DNA of 63,925 nucleotides, the filler included, from Kipferlia bialata (taxonomy: Eukaryota): assembly GCA_003568945.1 (NCBI GenBank). It is 6 parts of 5 records of this genome, joined end to end, with 100 filler letters (N's around TTAATTAATTAA, not from the genome) between each part and the next. Parts side by side here need not be neighbours in the genome. Positions count along the whole stretch, not along the records: positions 49,852 to 59,048 come from BDIP01000404.1; positions 59,149 to 63,925 come from BDIP01000451.1; 4 more parts are not named here. One strand, written 5' to 3'. Of the stretch, positions 49,944-63,872 are shown piece after piece (the stretch's first letter is position 1; each line of letters starts with the position of its first letter). The notes beneath the pieces were generated by a model. It saw nothing but the letters and a program-made list of their open reading frames with translations. It was not told where the DNA came from and did no database searches. A program made the translations under genes and the position numbers.

Positions 49944-52900
49944 GACAACCTACCATATTGAGTGGGACCTCTCTCATCAGGGAAGTCGACACGACCCTGT
50001 CCCCTGGCGTCACCACCGACCACTCTCTGCCCTCTGCCCCCCAGCCAGATGCATTCAAGTTCAACCTGAGGTGCGTGAATATAGTGGAGTATGCAGTGAT
50101 ACTACTCTTCCCCCCCAGGTATATGTCTCACCCCAGTGGCACCAGCAACGACAATGACTCGTGGCGGACACAGTCATCGATGCTGTCCGTGGCACAGGTG
50201 CGCACTCAACACACTCTCATATCCCTATTCACCCCTCTCTTGCCATTCTCACTCCAGGGCATGTCGGATGTGTACAGAGACAGAACCAGCCACACCAGCC
50301 GGTCTGGCAGTCGTACCAAGGCCCCCTCCACCTCCAGAAGTGTCCTTAGTGCCATGACGGTGTCTTCAACACTGTCAGACAGGTGCGGGACAGGGTTGCA
50401 ACTAACGTTGCTATGAGACCGGTTCCTATTAATCATATCATTCTATTGTGTTTCAGTCATTCTATTGTGTTTCAGTCATGAATTATCACTGTCATGTGTT
50501 CATTTTATACATGTAAGTCTGACATCTAGGGGTAACAGCAATCCAGCGGTTCCAATATCCGTCACTGGTAGTCGTAGTGTCCCTAAGGGGGTTCCTCCGA
50601 TGCCAGGTATGGTATATATAGCTCTAGGCCCACAGTCTCTCTCTTTCTCTACCGTCCCCCTCAACCCTCAACCCAGCATCTTCCCATTTGGCCCCTGTCG
50701 TTGTGAGTGACACGGATAGCGAGGTAGGGAGTATAGTATACAGTCTGCAACCAGTGTCTGCTTATAACTAAAGTCGTGATTTACATATCCCCTCTTTCTC
50801 ATCTTCCTATTACCCACCACAGTCCATCCTAGATGGTAACATCATGTCCTGCCTCTTCAGCGCTGAACCCTCCCAGAGGTACCGGTCTGCCACCCAGGCC
50901 GACCTAGGCCACCTCATGTCCGTGTCCATGATGCCCTCCACGTCAGGTCGGGACTCTCTCTGCGTCTGTCTCAGTGGGTGGACTTGTGTCTGTCGGTCTC
51001 TCTGTCTCCCTACCCCCATGTCCTGCTCAGTGTCTCCATTATATATTGTATATTATATATATATTAATTATATATTATATATATATTATATACATTACAT
51101 TATTATACATTATATATATTATGTGTTGATTCCTCTGTCTCATCGCAGCCACTCTGGGTGACATGTCCCAGGCTATGGGGCTCTTCCATCGGCCTCAAAG
51201 GGAATCCTGCTTGTCCAGTATAGCCCCATCCACCGGTATGACCCGAGTCCTTATGGTTATCCAGCATTTGTCTACCTTTGTAGTAATGCTCTCTATTGGC
51301 AGTTTCCATTTCCATTCCCTTCTCATACCCAGGCTCTAAATCCCTTGGGGACCTCTTTGACCAGATTCTGGATGAGGAGGATACGGACTCGGAGAGGAAC
51401 AGAGCCAGGTGGGTACATGACATTCTGACACTGGGGCACTGTACTGTGTGACTTGATTCCCTTGATGTTAATACCAGGTTGACTGCACAAGCTGAGAGCT
51501 CTGCTACAGTATTGGCAGGTGATAAGTTGTACCCTATTTCTATTCATTCCCTACCATCATTGTGTCTCTCTACCTTTACCCTTTACTATATCGTCACTAA
51601 CCCAGCGGCCAAGGCTTTGGCGTCTAGGAGTCTCACAGGGTCCAAGGGACGTGGCGTGGATCGGGGTGGCGTGCCGTCCCCTATACCCGAGGATGACGCC
51701 AAGTCATGTATGTGTAGCACCCAGGCGGGCTCCCCCAAGGGCACCCATCATGCCGAGCGTACATGTAGCTTTGACACCAGTGCCGCCAAGAGCAGTTCAA
51801 CCACCCTCGGGACATCGGGCTCTGGAGAGTTCTGTGTGATGGGATCCGGCACCCACACCTTCCGGGGGTCGTCTACCAGTGATCTCTCTGGTGGGTCCTC
51901 TCAGACCCCTTCTCCGTCCTCGTCTGACTGTTTGGGACCGGCTGTCTCTCCCCTGTGCCCCTTTGTTGGACTCGAGAGAGAGAGACGCTCTGGCAGTGAG
52001 TCTGACGTTGAGGAGTTCTGTATCTCCCCCTCTACGGGGTCTGTGAGTGAACTGATGCAGCTGGGGTGCAAGAGGACCCAGTCCCACAGGACAGGAAGGG
52101 ACACAGAGGGCGATGACCGTATGTGCGTGTCCGATACCGAGCACGACGCCGGCCACCCCGAGCGTCTAGTGCCCCATAAGGACGAGGACGTGTGGTCCCG
52201 CAGCGTCAGCAACGGGTACAGTCACAGTAGGACGTCCCAGCTCTCTAGGCTGTCCATCCACTACGCAGGTCCCACGGACAGTGCCATGTCTAGCAGCACC
52301 CAGGTACTCTCTCTCTCTCTCTCTCTCGTTAGTGGTGGATGTCGTTATGTAGTCCATGTGTCTGCCCCTGTATTCTGACCCTCAGGACACCATTCATGAC
52401 CACAGTGTTCTCTTCAGGCGGAGAGAGTCCGAGAGCACTGGCAGTAGAGCTTGGAGCAGGGCCGTTTCCACTGAGCTTGCCGACAGGGAGCGGGTTCGCC
52501 TCGGTGTCCACCCCCTAGTCCCCAGACCCAGCCCCGACCTGGCCTACCACGAGCTGTCCCAGGACTCCGTGCTCAGCCTCACCGACGACGACACCATATA
52601 CGAGGACGAGAGAGACAGAGAGAGAGAGAGGGAGAGGCGGGCATCTCTGAGTAGGGGGTCCGAGGACACAGGACGGAACGTACCGCGTATACCCATACGG
52701 AGGGGGCGGCGGCTGTCTATGTCAAGTGACAGAGATACACCACGGTTGACGGACCGCGAAGGGCAGACTGCCCCGGGGGAGTCCCTACCTGTTAAGGGCC
52801 GTGTAGATGTAGTGTCTGAGCCCAAGGGGCCGAGGCACCACCACATGAGGTTGATCACCTACATATACACCAGTGTGTATACACGAGTACTGGGGCTATC

Positions 52901-55900
52901 CCCCCCCCCCTATCCCCTCTTATCCTCAGGCCTGACCCCCCCGTCATTCAGGACATCGAGGTTCTGACCAACCACTTCATGGCAGGGTCCAGACGGTACT
53001 CCCTGCTCAAGGTGTGTGAGCTGGTGTTGATGATACTGTAAGTGACACTCCTCCCCCGTCTCGCCCTTTGCACAGTGATATTCATACTCAGGAGTCCTTT
53101 AAGCAGAGAAGGGTTGCTGGCTTCCGTATTGTGGCCATTGCAATTGGCTTCATTCGGTTGCTCTTCTCGAACCTTCTCAGAGACACTTCGCCTGCTCTTC
53201 TCTCCACCTGGCTTCGCCTCTCGCTCACAGGTATGGACGCACACACTCCCATCACACTATACGTGACATGCTATTGACGTTAATAGTGGGTGTATGCACT
53301 GACCTCCAGGTACCGAGGTCCCCGAGAGCCGTATGCGTGCCCTTGGTGCTGTTGTGTGCTATGCCGCCATGGTGCTTGTCATTGGACTCGGCTACCACGG
53401 GGTGCACGGGTATGACTTCTTCCAGGGCGCAGAGGACTACTTCCACGGCATCATGAGGTGTGGCCATGGGTATTTCATGTGTGATCACTATTGATAGAGA
53501 ACTCTCTTTATGTTTATGTCCTTTCATGTGTCACGTTATATGTATAGTGTATCTAAATGAATGACACCACTCTTCCATTTGTAGACACAACTACTAACCT
53601 CCAGCCAGTTTGGATACTACCCCATCATGGCCGTGTTGTTGGTCGTTATCCTATGGGGCGAGCTCGGGGTGAAGCACCACGACAGGGGGGCGAGGGAGGA
53701 TAGGGGTGAGAGGCAGGTACGTCACGCTTTGGATACATACAGTGGCTACCGATTATTATTATTATCAATCTATTCATCTATTGTCGTTCGTTGTCATTCT
53801 GCTTCTGCCCCAATGACAAGCGTACACTGCATATCACCTCAGGAGTACCATTTCAAGCACCTCCGCCTGGCCGGTCTGTCTGTCGTGGCCCCTGTCCTGG
53901 GCATCACCTCCCAGCTGGCCATAGGTGCCGTGGTCACAGCCAACTACGCACAGGCCACGGGGGGGTACGCAAACACAAACATCGAGTGGTACACGAGCCT
54001 GCCCCTGATGGCTCTCTTTGCATTCGGAGCATTCGCATACAAGCTAGCTGCACCTTCTCAGATCCTGAGGGGTAGGATTCTATTCTATGAGGTATGGAGA
54101 GTCACTGGGTTTTTGTTGAATATCTCCTCTTGTTAGTCAACCCACCACTCCTTAAGGATAGCCTTTCTCCTCCTTTCGTTAGTCTCACCCTACCAGGTGG
54201 CTTCTCTCGTCACCATTCCGCCTGTGGTCACTGGGGTGTTCCTCTGGATTCACAGTGAGGCATCTGTCCGGTTCGTGCACTGCACACTCATCTATACCAC
54301 ACCCCTCTGTCCCTCTCACATACAGGGAGACTGTCATTGTCTGGATGCATGTCCTCTGTACATGTGTGGGTCTGGGGCTCATGCTTCTGTGCCTGTACAT
54401 GCAACACTCCATGATGTACAGTAGACACGATACAGTGCTGCTGAGGTCTCTGCTGCATGTGAACCAGGTAGGAGTGTCAGTATCAGTATCTTGGTAGCAG
54501 TAGGGGTGGTCCTTGAGCCAGTGTGTGTCTAACCTCTCGCTCGGGATATCAATTCTCTGGCAAAGCGTTTCTTGACAAATTGCATATCTCTTCTCTCACC
54601 ATACCCTCACTCCATTAGGCTAGAAAGACGTTGTCCCGTGTCATCTCCCCCTCGGCCCTAGATCCCTTCTTCCTCTATCTCTTCAGGTATCCAGAGGGTA
54701 GCATCTGTTTCTGTCTCATCTCTGGCTGTCTATTCACCCCCCCCCCCCCATCCCCACCCCAGGTCCCTATCTACCAAGAGGGACATGGTACTTTCGGTCC
54801 TGGATGTAATTCTAGACGACAGGGCTGGGCCCGCCATTGCCAAGGACAGGGGGAGTGGGTCCCGTCGCCCATCCAGAAATGCATCTCTATCCGCCCAGGG
54901 AGCCTTGAGACGGCTGTCGATGGGGAAGACCGGGTCCAACACGCCCTCGTCCCCCCTCACGCCCCTCTCCCCACTCTCCACTCTGAACCCTTCTTCCCCT
55001 CTGCCCCCTCGTGCTCCGTTGTCGGGTGCTACCCCACCCCTCTCCCCTCTGACGACCTCTCTCTCGTTGAAGGGCCAGCCTGTGGAGGGTGTCCCAAGAG
55101 CCAGCCGCAGAGGCCCGTCGTCCCTGGTCCCCTCAGTGGGTAGGCCGGATCTGGGGGCCGGGGCTACGGTGCAGGGTGAGGACGAGGACCCTCTGTGCCT
55201 ACCCCTCGTGGTGTCTCTCTATGAAGATGCGCTCCATGCCCAGCGCCAGCCCCGACCCCCCACCCCGGTCAAGCCATCGGAGAGAAACCTGGAGGTATGG
55301 CCATCTGACTGGAATGTATAGTCAATACATGATACATACATGACACATGCCACAGTGTAGTGTACAAGCCACAGATGACCCTCTCACTGCAGGGAGTGCA
55401 GAGGTCCAAGCTGCGGGACTGGATCCTGACGTGGTTCCCGGGTTGTGACCCTCTGCTTGGGGAGGACCTGGGCGACAGGGAGTCGCGAGGGGATGCAGCC
55501 TCAGGTGTGTCCTCCCCCTCCATGGCGCTGAGGGTGGTAGGCATGGACTCGACCTCCAACCTGGACCATGCGCTGCTCGGCTTCAACAGACACGGGCCCA
55601 GCTCCCTGGAGGGTACCCAGGGGGAGAGAGAGGCGGAGGCAGAGGCGGAGCCGGGCCAGTCTGCCATGGACGCCTTCCTCGCAGATCTTGATAACATTGA
55701 GTCCCATGTCTCGTCAGTCATCACCCCTTTCCCGTTGGCCGTGTGGTGAGTGTTACAGTGCTAGAGTTCTGAACCTTCGTCCTCTCATCCCTCTTCTCAG
55801 GATCCTCTCTCACCTCAGCCTGTTCTGTGATATTGTCAACTTCACAGTCCTCTCCCAGACAGTGACAAGCGATGTCCTCGTCGGGACCCTTACCGGGTGC

Positions 55901-57209
55901 GGGTTTTCTCTGTTTACTCCTTTACATACTAGCATATGCGTTTGTATATATACCATGCCTGGCCATCTACCCTCTTCAAAACCATATTCGTACTCACATC
56001 CTACACATTGTGTGTTCACCCTCACGCCAGTCTCTTCCAGGCCTTTGATGACGCCCTCCTCCAGTACCCACTGGCCAGAAAGGTAATGGGCCTAGTGAGA
56101 GTCTCTCTCCCACAACAAGATGTGTATGTAGTAGTGTCTCATGGCAGGTCAAGACCGTGGGGGACGCATACGAGGCTATGACACCCTTCTCTGCCCCTGC
56201 TCTGAGGTACACTTTCACACATACACACACACATTTTATATATACAGTGTGTATGATTGGTAAGGACAAGGGTTCTGCTCCTGTAACGTATGGATCGTTA
56301 CTGTTGGGACTGACCCCCAGGTCCCTGCACGAGTCCGACCTTGTCCAGGCCGCACTTGACATGGTCAGACTGGGCATGCAGATGAGGGACGCGGTCAGGT
56401 GAGGGAGCTGCACTGTTCTCTTGTGCCATCGTAGCTACCCGTGCCACTGTGGATACTGACACCGATTCTGACACTGACACTGACACCAGACGCATCTCAT
56501 CAGAGATGGGGCATGACCTCTCCGTCAGGATTGGGATAGGTGTAGGCCCAGCCTTCGGAGCCATTCTCTCCACCTCCCGGATCTCCTACGACGTATTTGG
56601 ATTGGGCCCCGCCGTGGCCCGGTCCCTAGAGGGCATCGCCCCCAAGGGGGAGGTGGGTTGGACTCCTGTGTCACTCTTTGCAGTGTATGGTTGATACTCA
56701 CTCACTCAGGTTGTCGTGTCCTCCACAGTCCAGCGTGTGCTGGCAGCTGTGCCCGGGGTACAGTTTGGATGCCCTGTTCACCACTCGTCTAAGGTATGGC
56801 ACACACACTGTACGGCATGTGTAGGTCTATACCACAGGGCCATGCCGCATCTTCTCCTGACGTCAGGAGGATCAGCTGCAGCAGGAGCTGGCTAGGGTAG
56901 CTGATGGCCTCCTCAGGCGTATGTACCGCCCCCTCGAGACCGACTCCAAGCAGTCAGTATACGAGGAGCAGGTGGGTGGCCTCAGATGCGGAGATGCGCT
57001 TTCTCTCTCATTAGGAGCTGCATAGTAGTGTTTACTTGGTGTTCAGCTGTCAGTTGTCTCACCTGTAGGTATCGAGAGACCAATCTCTCTTTGACGTTCC
57101 CCCCCGCAAATCAGATGACGCTGAGGGTCCCGCCGTGACTCCTCTGAACATGCATGTCTTCAGCAGCAACACCTCTGGGGTGGTGGTGTCGGCACTACCG
57201 CCCAAGTAG
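49944..57209 (+). CDS. Membrane-bound class III adenylate/guanylate cyclase-like protein (5' truncated)
   Basis: Long Ser-rich N-region, multiple TM segments (~53100-54420), then LFCDIVNFTVLS..LFQAFDDAL..KVKTVGDAYEA..LDMVRLGMQM..LSVRIGIGVGPAFGAILSTSRISYDVFG..LEGIAPKGEVVVS; stop TAG at 57209. Confidence 0.88.
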
Positions 57210-57479
57210 CCCCAGAGTCAGTGTGATACCGCTACTTTGTCATAAGACATGTTGCAAGTCCCAATGCATATTTTCTGAGTTTCCAGGATTATGAGATGTT
57301 ACCATCCTGGACCATTCCTACTATTATTAGTCAGTTTGTACCGCAACTGTCTATTTCTATTTTATCCCCACTGTGTAACAGATTTGAAATATATCGACGT
57401 TCTATGGTCAATGTAGCTGTGCCTCTCAGTGATGTGTACATGGAAGAAGGTCATTTATAGAACTGTAGCCCGAGCGGTC

Positions 57480-58976
57480 TCAGCTGTCGGTGAAGGAAAG
57501 AGTGGGCAGGGGGAGGTCCCTGGGCTTGTCACGGGACTGGCCCTCCCTCCCCTCCTGCCTAGCGGCATGGACCTGGTGGCCTGTGTGTGTATGTGAAGGG
57601 GACAGAGACATGGAGTGGGGGGGCGACACGTGTGGCAGGGAGTGTGTGGAGTGGTGGCGGGAGTGGTGCCGAGAGTGGGTTGGGGTGGAGTTTCGACTGG
57701 TATAGGAGGTGTAGGTCACCTCTCTCTCTCTCTCTCTGTCTGGCTCATTGATGCCTGTGAAGGATACACTCCCTGCGTCACTCCCCCACCCAGACATGAC
57801 AGAGTCACGCCGGGACGACACGTGAGGGGGGTTCTCCCGTTCCCTGTCTCGCCCTGGGGTACCAAACGTGAATGTCCCCTCATAAGCAGAGGACGGGGCC
57901 TGGCGTTAGACACACTGAGACACACGTGAGGTATGGAGCTTAACATAGAGACATAATCTATAATATATATGGCAAGACATCCCGACCTGTCTCTGGTTTG
58001 AGTCCGTGACGCTGTCTCTGGCCTGCCTGGCGTTGTCCCTGGCCTCCAGCCTCTGCTGTTCATTCCTCAGGTCCTGGGGTTAGCAGGTGCTGGGGCATGG
58101 GGACAGGATATGTAAGGTATAGCCCAACAATGACACACCTCAGCCTGCAGGTTGTGGCGTAGAGTGGTGTTGGTCACCTGGCGCAGTTGGAGAGTCAGTG
58201 CCTCCACCTCATGGTGAGACACGGGGAAGACAAAACCACACTCACTGGAACAGAGGGACTAGTAGAAGGAGGTTAAACAACACACCACCCACCTCTCTCT
58301 GCTGCTGCGCCAGCACAGCCTGCGTCTCTCTCTCCAGTCGCAGAATCTCTGCCTCTCCCTCCTCCTCGGCTATCTTGGTCTCCTGAAGGGTGAGACAGTG
58401 AATACATTCATATATAGCACTGGTACCTTCACTCAGCATCCCAGTCCTACTCACCTTCTTCAGAGTGTCATAGGCCATCTGAGCATCCTGCCTCTTCCTG
58501 GCCCTGTCTCTCTCTCTCCTTTCCTCGGCCTCTGTCTCCTCCTGCGTCTTCTGCTTCAGAATGGCTATGCCGGACACTGCGGCACACAGCTGAGAGGAGA
58601 GAGACTCTGGCGTGAGGACAGGGGCTGCTATATGGTTACAATACATACAGATACTGACATGTACCGACAGAGTGGGGGGGGGGGGTTGTCTATGGTCCTC
58701 TCACGTACCCTGTTTGGCGTCGAGTGCGGCCAGGTCTCTCTCCAACCTCGAGATGTAGTGGGTGGTGTTGCTGATCTGCTCACCCACAGTGGCAATACGG
58801 GCCGTGAGAGCAACAATCTAGGGTGAGAAAGGGATATACAAGTAGGGTGATTCATTCAAGATGGTACTACTCCTCATGAACCTCTCCGAACACTCGCCTT
58901 GGTCTGCAGCTGGGTCTCCTCCACCTTGGCCTCCTCTCTCAGGTGCTTCAGAGCGGTCAGGCGGTCAAGGCTAGAC
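57480..58976 (-). CDS. Coiled-coil hypothetical protein, 3' part
   Basis: Exons SSLDRLTALKHLREEAKVEETQLQTK | IVALTARIATVGEQISNTTHYISRLERDLAALDAKQ | ...ETKIAEEEGEAEILRLERETQ..., and a low-complexity last exon with stop at 57480. Confidence 0.6.
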
Positions 58977-59048
58977 TGGACAATGAGGGGGGGGGGGGGG
59001 GGTTAGGGAAATAACATGGGTCCCAGAAGAATATCATGACTCACCTGT

Positions 59049-59148
59049 NNNNNNNNNNNNNNNNNNNNNNNNNNNNNNNNNNNNNNNNNNNNTTAATTAA
59101 TTAANNNNNNNNNNNNNNNNNNNNNNNNNNNNNNNNNNNNNNNNNNNN
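59049..59148. other. Artificial contig-joining linker
   Basis: N44-TTAATTAATTAA-N44. Confidence 0.97.
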
Positions 59149-59365
59149 GAAAGGGACTGAAGGCAATCACACCTCTTATCCCCCCCCCCCCCCCCCCCGA
59201 CACACACTGTCATGGGCTGAGGATGACCCTCATATCAGTATCGTGTCGGGTCGTATTGTGAATGAGGCGGAAGCAGACTCTCAGCGCTCCTGTGCTGCAG
59301 ACCCGTCACTATCCACCCATCCTGCCTACATGCCAGCTGCCATGACAGTGACCCTGTGCATCCAG

Positions 59366-61442
59366 GTCCAGGTGGCCTTGATAGAGGCAGTGCAGCAAGG
59401 TGGCTCTCAGCTTGATACATACCACTCATATGAGGACTATAGTCTCACCTCTAGGCAACATACCAGAGCTGGCCCTTCCCGCCACCATCTTCACTATTGC
59501 CACGCTGTGTCCTGTCATCACCCCCCTTGCCTCCCCCAGACTCAACCGCCCTGCGCTGCCCTTCCTCCACTGGTGCTGTGGCCGCCCACATGTGCTGCCC
59601 CTGATACTCCACCCATTCTGCAGGGTGCTCAGGTAGAGGACTGTCTCTCCCTCGTAGACCCCCCCCCCTCCCCCCGTCCTTCCCTATTATCACTTCTATC
59701 ACTCGTGTCACATCTGGCCACTCGCCTCACGTATACTGTGATCCTCTCTCATTCCTCCAGGCACACACTAGAGACCAGAGAGCTGTCAGCGTATGCCCCT
59801 CCCTCCGACATCCTGTCTCTCTCTCCCTCTGCCGCCCTCTCCCACTGTGAGGGTCTCATGATGAACAACAGGATGCCAGACACCAACACACCTAGGCCAG
59901 GGCACAGGGAGAGGACACCGCTCTACGGGTACGGTCAGCCCCCTCCCCCCTCCCCCTTTTCCGGTCTCACATTCATTCTATTCGTCTATGGCAGTGTATC
60001 AGTATGTCTCTGTTCTACCTTATCTGATATGTCTCACTCAAGCATTGCCCATCCCTCGGTTCCCTCTCTCTCCCTCTCTCCTGCATTTTGTGTCTCTCAC
60101 TTGTGCCCCTCTCTCTCTCACCCCCTAGCCTTGCCAATACCTCGATAGGAGTCGAGGACCCAGTCCTGGCCAACTCTCCAGGGTTCGCAAGGTACCACAC
60201 TCTCTCATATACTCTGGCAGACTGCTTACAATGCTATCTCTCTCTCCTTTATCTAGGCTTATCCCCAGGAAGCTCTGTCAGCTGTGTCCCTCTGTTGGCA
60301 CCTGGAATAAGGGTGCAGTGGAGAGACAGAGGCAGATGGGGGTGGCTGCGGGTATCCCTGCATGGTCTCTGGCACCCATGTCCATAGAGGAGGACAGAGA
60401 AGTGGTAGTGGGTGCGTGTATGTATATATATATCTACCCCAGACACCCATTCATTGTGTGTATGAGTATTTACTTAGCGTGTATGGACTGACCTCCCAGA
60501 CACTGGGTTCATAGCCCCCTCAGTATTGAGGAGTGACCTCTATGGGAAGGGGGGGAGAAGGGACCCCGGGCCCCCAGGTACGGACACAGACACACGCTCT
60601 CTCTCTCTCTCTGACGCCACACTCTACAGGCTCACTCATGAACCCCACCCTTCTCTCTCTCTCTCTCTTTCTCTCTTTGCATCTCCCTTCTTACCCTGCA
60701 GGGTCTGACATGCACCCCACCCTTGCCAAGATACTGCTGAACAGAGGGAGGGACAGACCCAGTGGCCGCCCCTCCCTGCCCCCCCATGCCCCACCTGTCG
60801 CCATACCAGTGCCCAGACTGGACTCGGAGGAGTTGCCACGCCTGCCACTCAGGTATGGGGACCTCTCTATCTCTATCTCCCTCTCTCTTCCCCTCCCTGT
60901 CTCACCCCACAGGACCCTGTCCACTGCTGTCTTCCCCTCTGCCCTCCCCTTCACACTGGCACTGGCTGAGACAAGGGCAGTCTTCACAAAGGGACTCGTG
61001 CTAAGGTATCACTGGAGCCCACCACTACTGCTTGTTCTCCACTATTCTATACATAGTGATTATCTTTGAAGGTAACTAGTTATTTAGTATCCCTAAGTAG
61101 TGTCTCACCCTCCAGGCTCACCCCTGCTGAGATCCCACCCTACCGGGCATCTCTCTCCCTCCTCACAGCACCCTTCATTCAGGATCTGCTGAGTGCACAC
61201 CAACTCATGCCGGGTGACTTTTCCAAGGTATGTATGTGCCACTATGCAACTTATATTCTTCCTATTGATTTTGCCTGACAGTCAGCTCTTTTCGTCACGT
61301 TCACCTGAGACATGTGCCCTGACGTTGAGTGCAGGTACTCTCTCTCTCTCTCTCTCTCTCTCTTGCTCTTACCCTCTCTCTGTGTCTGACACCCAGCTGC
61401 GGCCAGAGGCATAGACACGTCCATCATGGTCCAGGTATGGTA

Positions 61443-61473
<31 letters not shown>

Positions 61474-62760
61474 GTTTCTATTCCTCTTGTACATAAACGC
61501 TGTCTCTCCACTTCCCTGTCTATTATATACGACTTATGTCCAGGTCTTCCCCTCCACCCCCTCCACCGTGTCTGCCCAACACGTCCTGGCCTTATATAGA
61601 TACGGACTACTAGGTATGCCACTATCACTCTCTAGCTGCTACCACAGTGGCTATCATGTATGGAGGATGTATGTACATATATGTTCATATATGTCTAAAT
61701 ATCTATTCAGTGTAGTAGTATATACTCTAATACCTAGGCTGCCGCATCCCCTCCCCCACCTCTGGGGCCTGGGCCGGGAGGGACCAGGAGGAGATGAAGA
61801 GGGAGAAGGAGAGAGAGAGACTGGGGGTGACGGAGGAGGAGAGGATTCTGATGGTGGAGGGCAGGGAGAGGAACATACCCTGTATGCTAAAGAGCGTGCT
61901 AGGTACCAGCGTATCTATCTTTGTCCGTATAGTATGCATCCCATATCTATTCACTCCTGTTGCTTCCCTCACCCCCCATGCCCCTGGATCCAGCAGTATC
62001 GAGTTCATATCCATATCTCACTCTTGTCATAGTGAACAGCATGTATTGTATGTGATATTACTCTCTATATGAATGACTCTATGACTCCCCCACCCCCAGG
62101 CCCCTGGATCCAGCAGAGCCTGTCCCTTCCAAGTGAGGAGGAGGGAATCACAGGGTGCGGGGCTGTTAACTCGTCTTCTCCTTATTCCCTCACTCACATA
62201 CTCTCTCTATCCCTTTGTCTCTGTATACTATACACACTCTATATACTCATACCAGGTCCATGGACCAGGGTCTCAACGCCAGGGTGGTCTGCAGACTCGC
62301 AAGTGAGTGGACAGATAGCATCTTCCTACACATATCTAGAGTATACTCTTTGTCTGCATGGGGTTGTCCTACCCCCTCACTCCAGGCCAGCTTATCCGCA
62401 TTGGCGCCTCCTGCCCCCATACCAAGAGGGACTCGTTCCTGATAGGGGACCTACCTCTGTTACTCAACGATGATGACATTGTGGCACAGCTGCAGGGCCT
62501 GGCGCTAGAGAGGTACAACTCTCTCTCTATGTCAGTGTATATGTAAATAGTCACAGCTGCAGGGGCTGGCTCTCGAGAGGTGGGACATATATTCATTTTC
62601 CCTCTCTCTCTCTTTCTCTCTATATGTGCATTGTTGTGCCCACCCCAGGTCCAATGACCCCGAGGGCCTGGCTCTCTTCAGACTGATATCACAGCATGAG
62701 AACGGCAGGCAGTGGGAGAGAGAGAGACAGTGGGAGACCGAGAGGGGCAAGGGGGGCTGA
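59366..62760 (+). CDS. Divergent CCR4-NOT complex subunit 11 (CNOT11/DUF2363)-like protein
   Basis: C-terminal exons GLNARVVCRLA.QLIRIG...IVAQLQGLALERSNDPEGLALFRLISQ resemble CNOT11 RLVRLVCVFLQSLIR...[25 protein letters not shown]; upstream IPVPRLDSEELPRL resembles RP.P.L...EL.WL. Aligned by eye only; 5' end uncertain. Confidence 0.55.
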
Positions 62761-63872
62761 GGGGACAGGGCACTAACCTACAACATCCATGCACATCTCT
62801 TGGCCGATGGGCTGGTTCACATGCAGCACTCATATTGCCACCATTGGTTCTCTGAATGCCTAGTTGGTACTTGAGCACACGCTGAAACTTGGCTCCATAC
62901 ATGATACCCTGCAAGCCAGGCATACGACCTTGTGTGTTTGGATTTCTGCTATGGACCTTGGGCCGACGGTGTTCCAGCAGTGAGAAGCATACACACTGCT
63001 CGGCCGTATACACCAGCCCGCCTTGACTTGGAGAATGACTCACTACACGCCTCCGCCACTCCATCGGTTAGAACCGTGGCTCCCACCAGGGGTTGTGCCC
63101 AAGTCCAACAGCAGGGCCATCATCCATATCATTATTCGGACGGAGGGTGTCTATGGGGTGAGTATGGGGCAGCGTCGTGTTCTGGAGCATTCTCCTCTGT
63201 TATGATAGCCTAGTCAAGGTGGAGTGAGTGGTGGAGACTCCTGTAAGAGTACCCCATACCTGACTGGTGTGCCCGGGCTGCACGTCCGCTTGTACTGATG
63301 ATCAGGGCGCAACACTTATACTACCCCAAGGGTAGCCATTGGGTTTGAGTTTGTGGCTGCAATAGAGATATGTGTGGGGTTTCGTTTGTCTGATGATCAT
63401 CATGATGTGACAGAATTGTTCCGAATCGGAGAACAGAACAGTGTAACGAGTGAAGACCTCCCACCTCTCTTACACCGCCCGCATATTGGGCAGAGCTACA
63501 AACCGCAACAGCATCCCATAGCATCACCATAGTGCTGGATATCAGCTTGGATCCTTGTGAGATAGAGGACTGGAGTTAGGGAGAGAGAGAGGGAGAGAGA
63601 GAGAGAGAGAGACGTAGGCCATGGCTGATGACTGGGCCAATGGCAAGAGTGAGGCCAGAAGGTGTGGGGTACAGGTCGAGAACAAGGTACGGGTGTCACA
63701 CCACCCCTGTCTGTGTGTGTGTTACGGTAGGGATGGTATACATATATAGTCAGGTTGTCGTTGAATGACGATGAACTGCCACTGTACTTTCTCACATGTC
63801 TCACTCCTAGCTCCACAACATCAGCAGGATACTGGGGTCACTGCAGAAGCTAGCACCGGAGAGCCTAGGTCA

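Noticed and set aside
62780..63870. Possible minus-strand gene fragment at the window end
   Set aside because: Acceptor-like sites exist, but candidate frames contain stops and show no recognisable homology.
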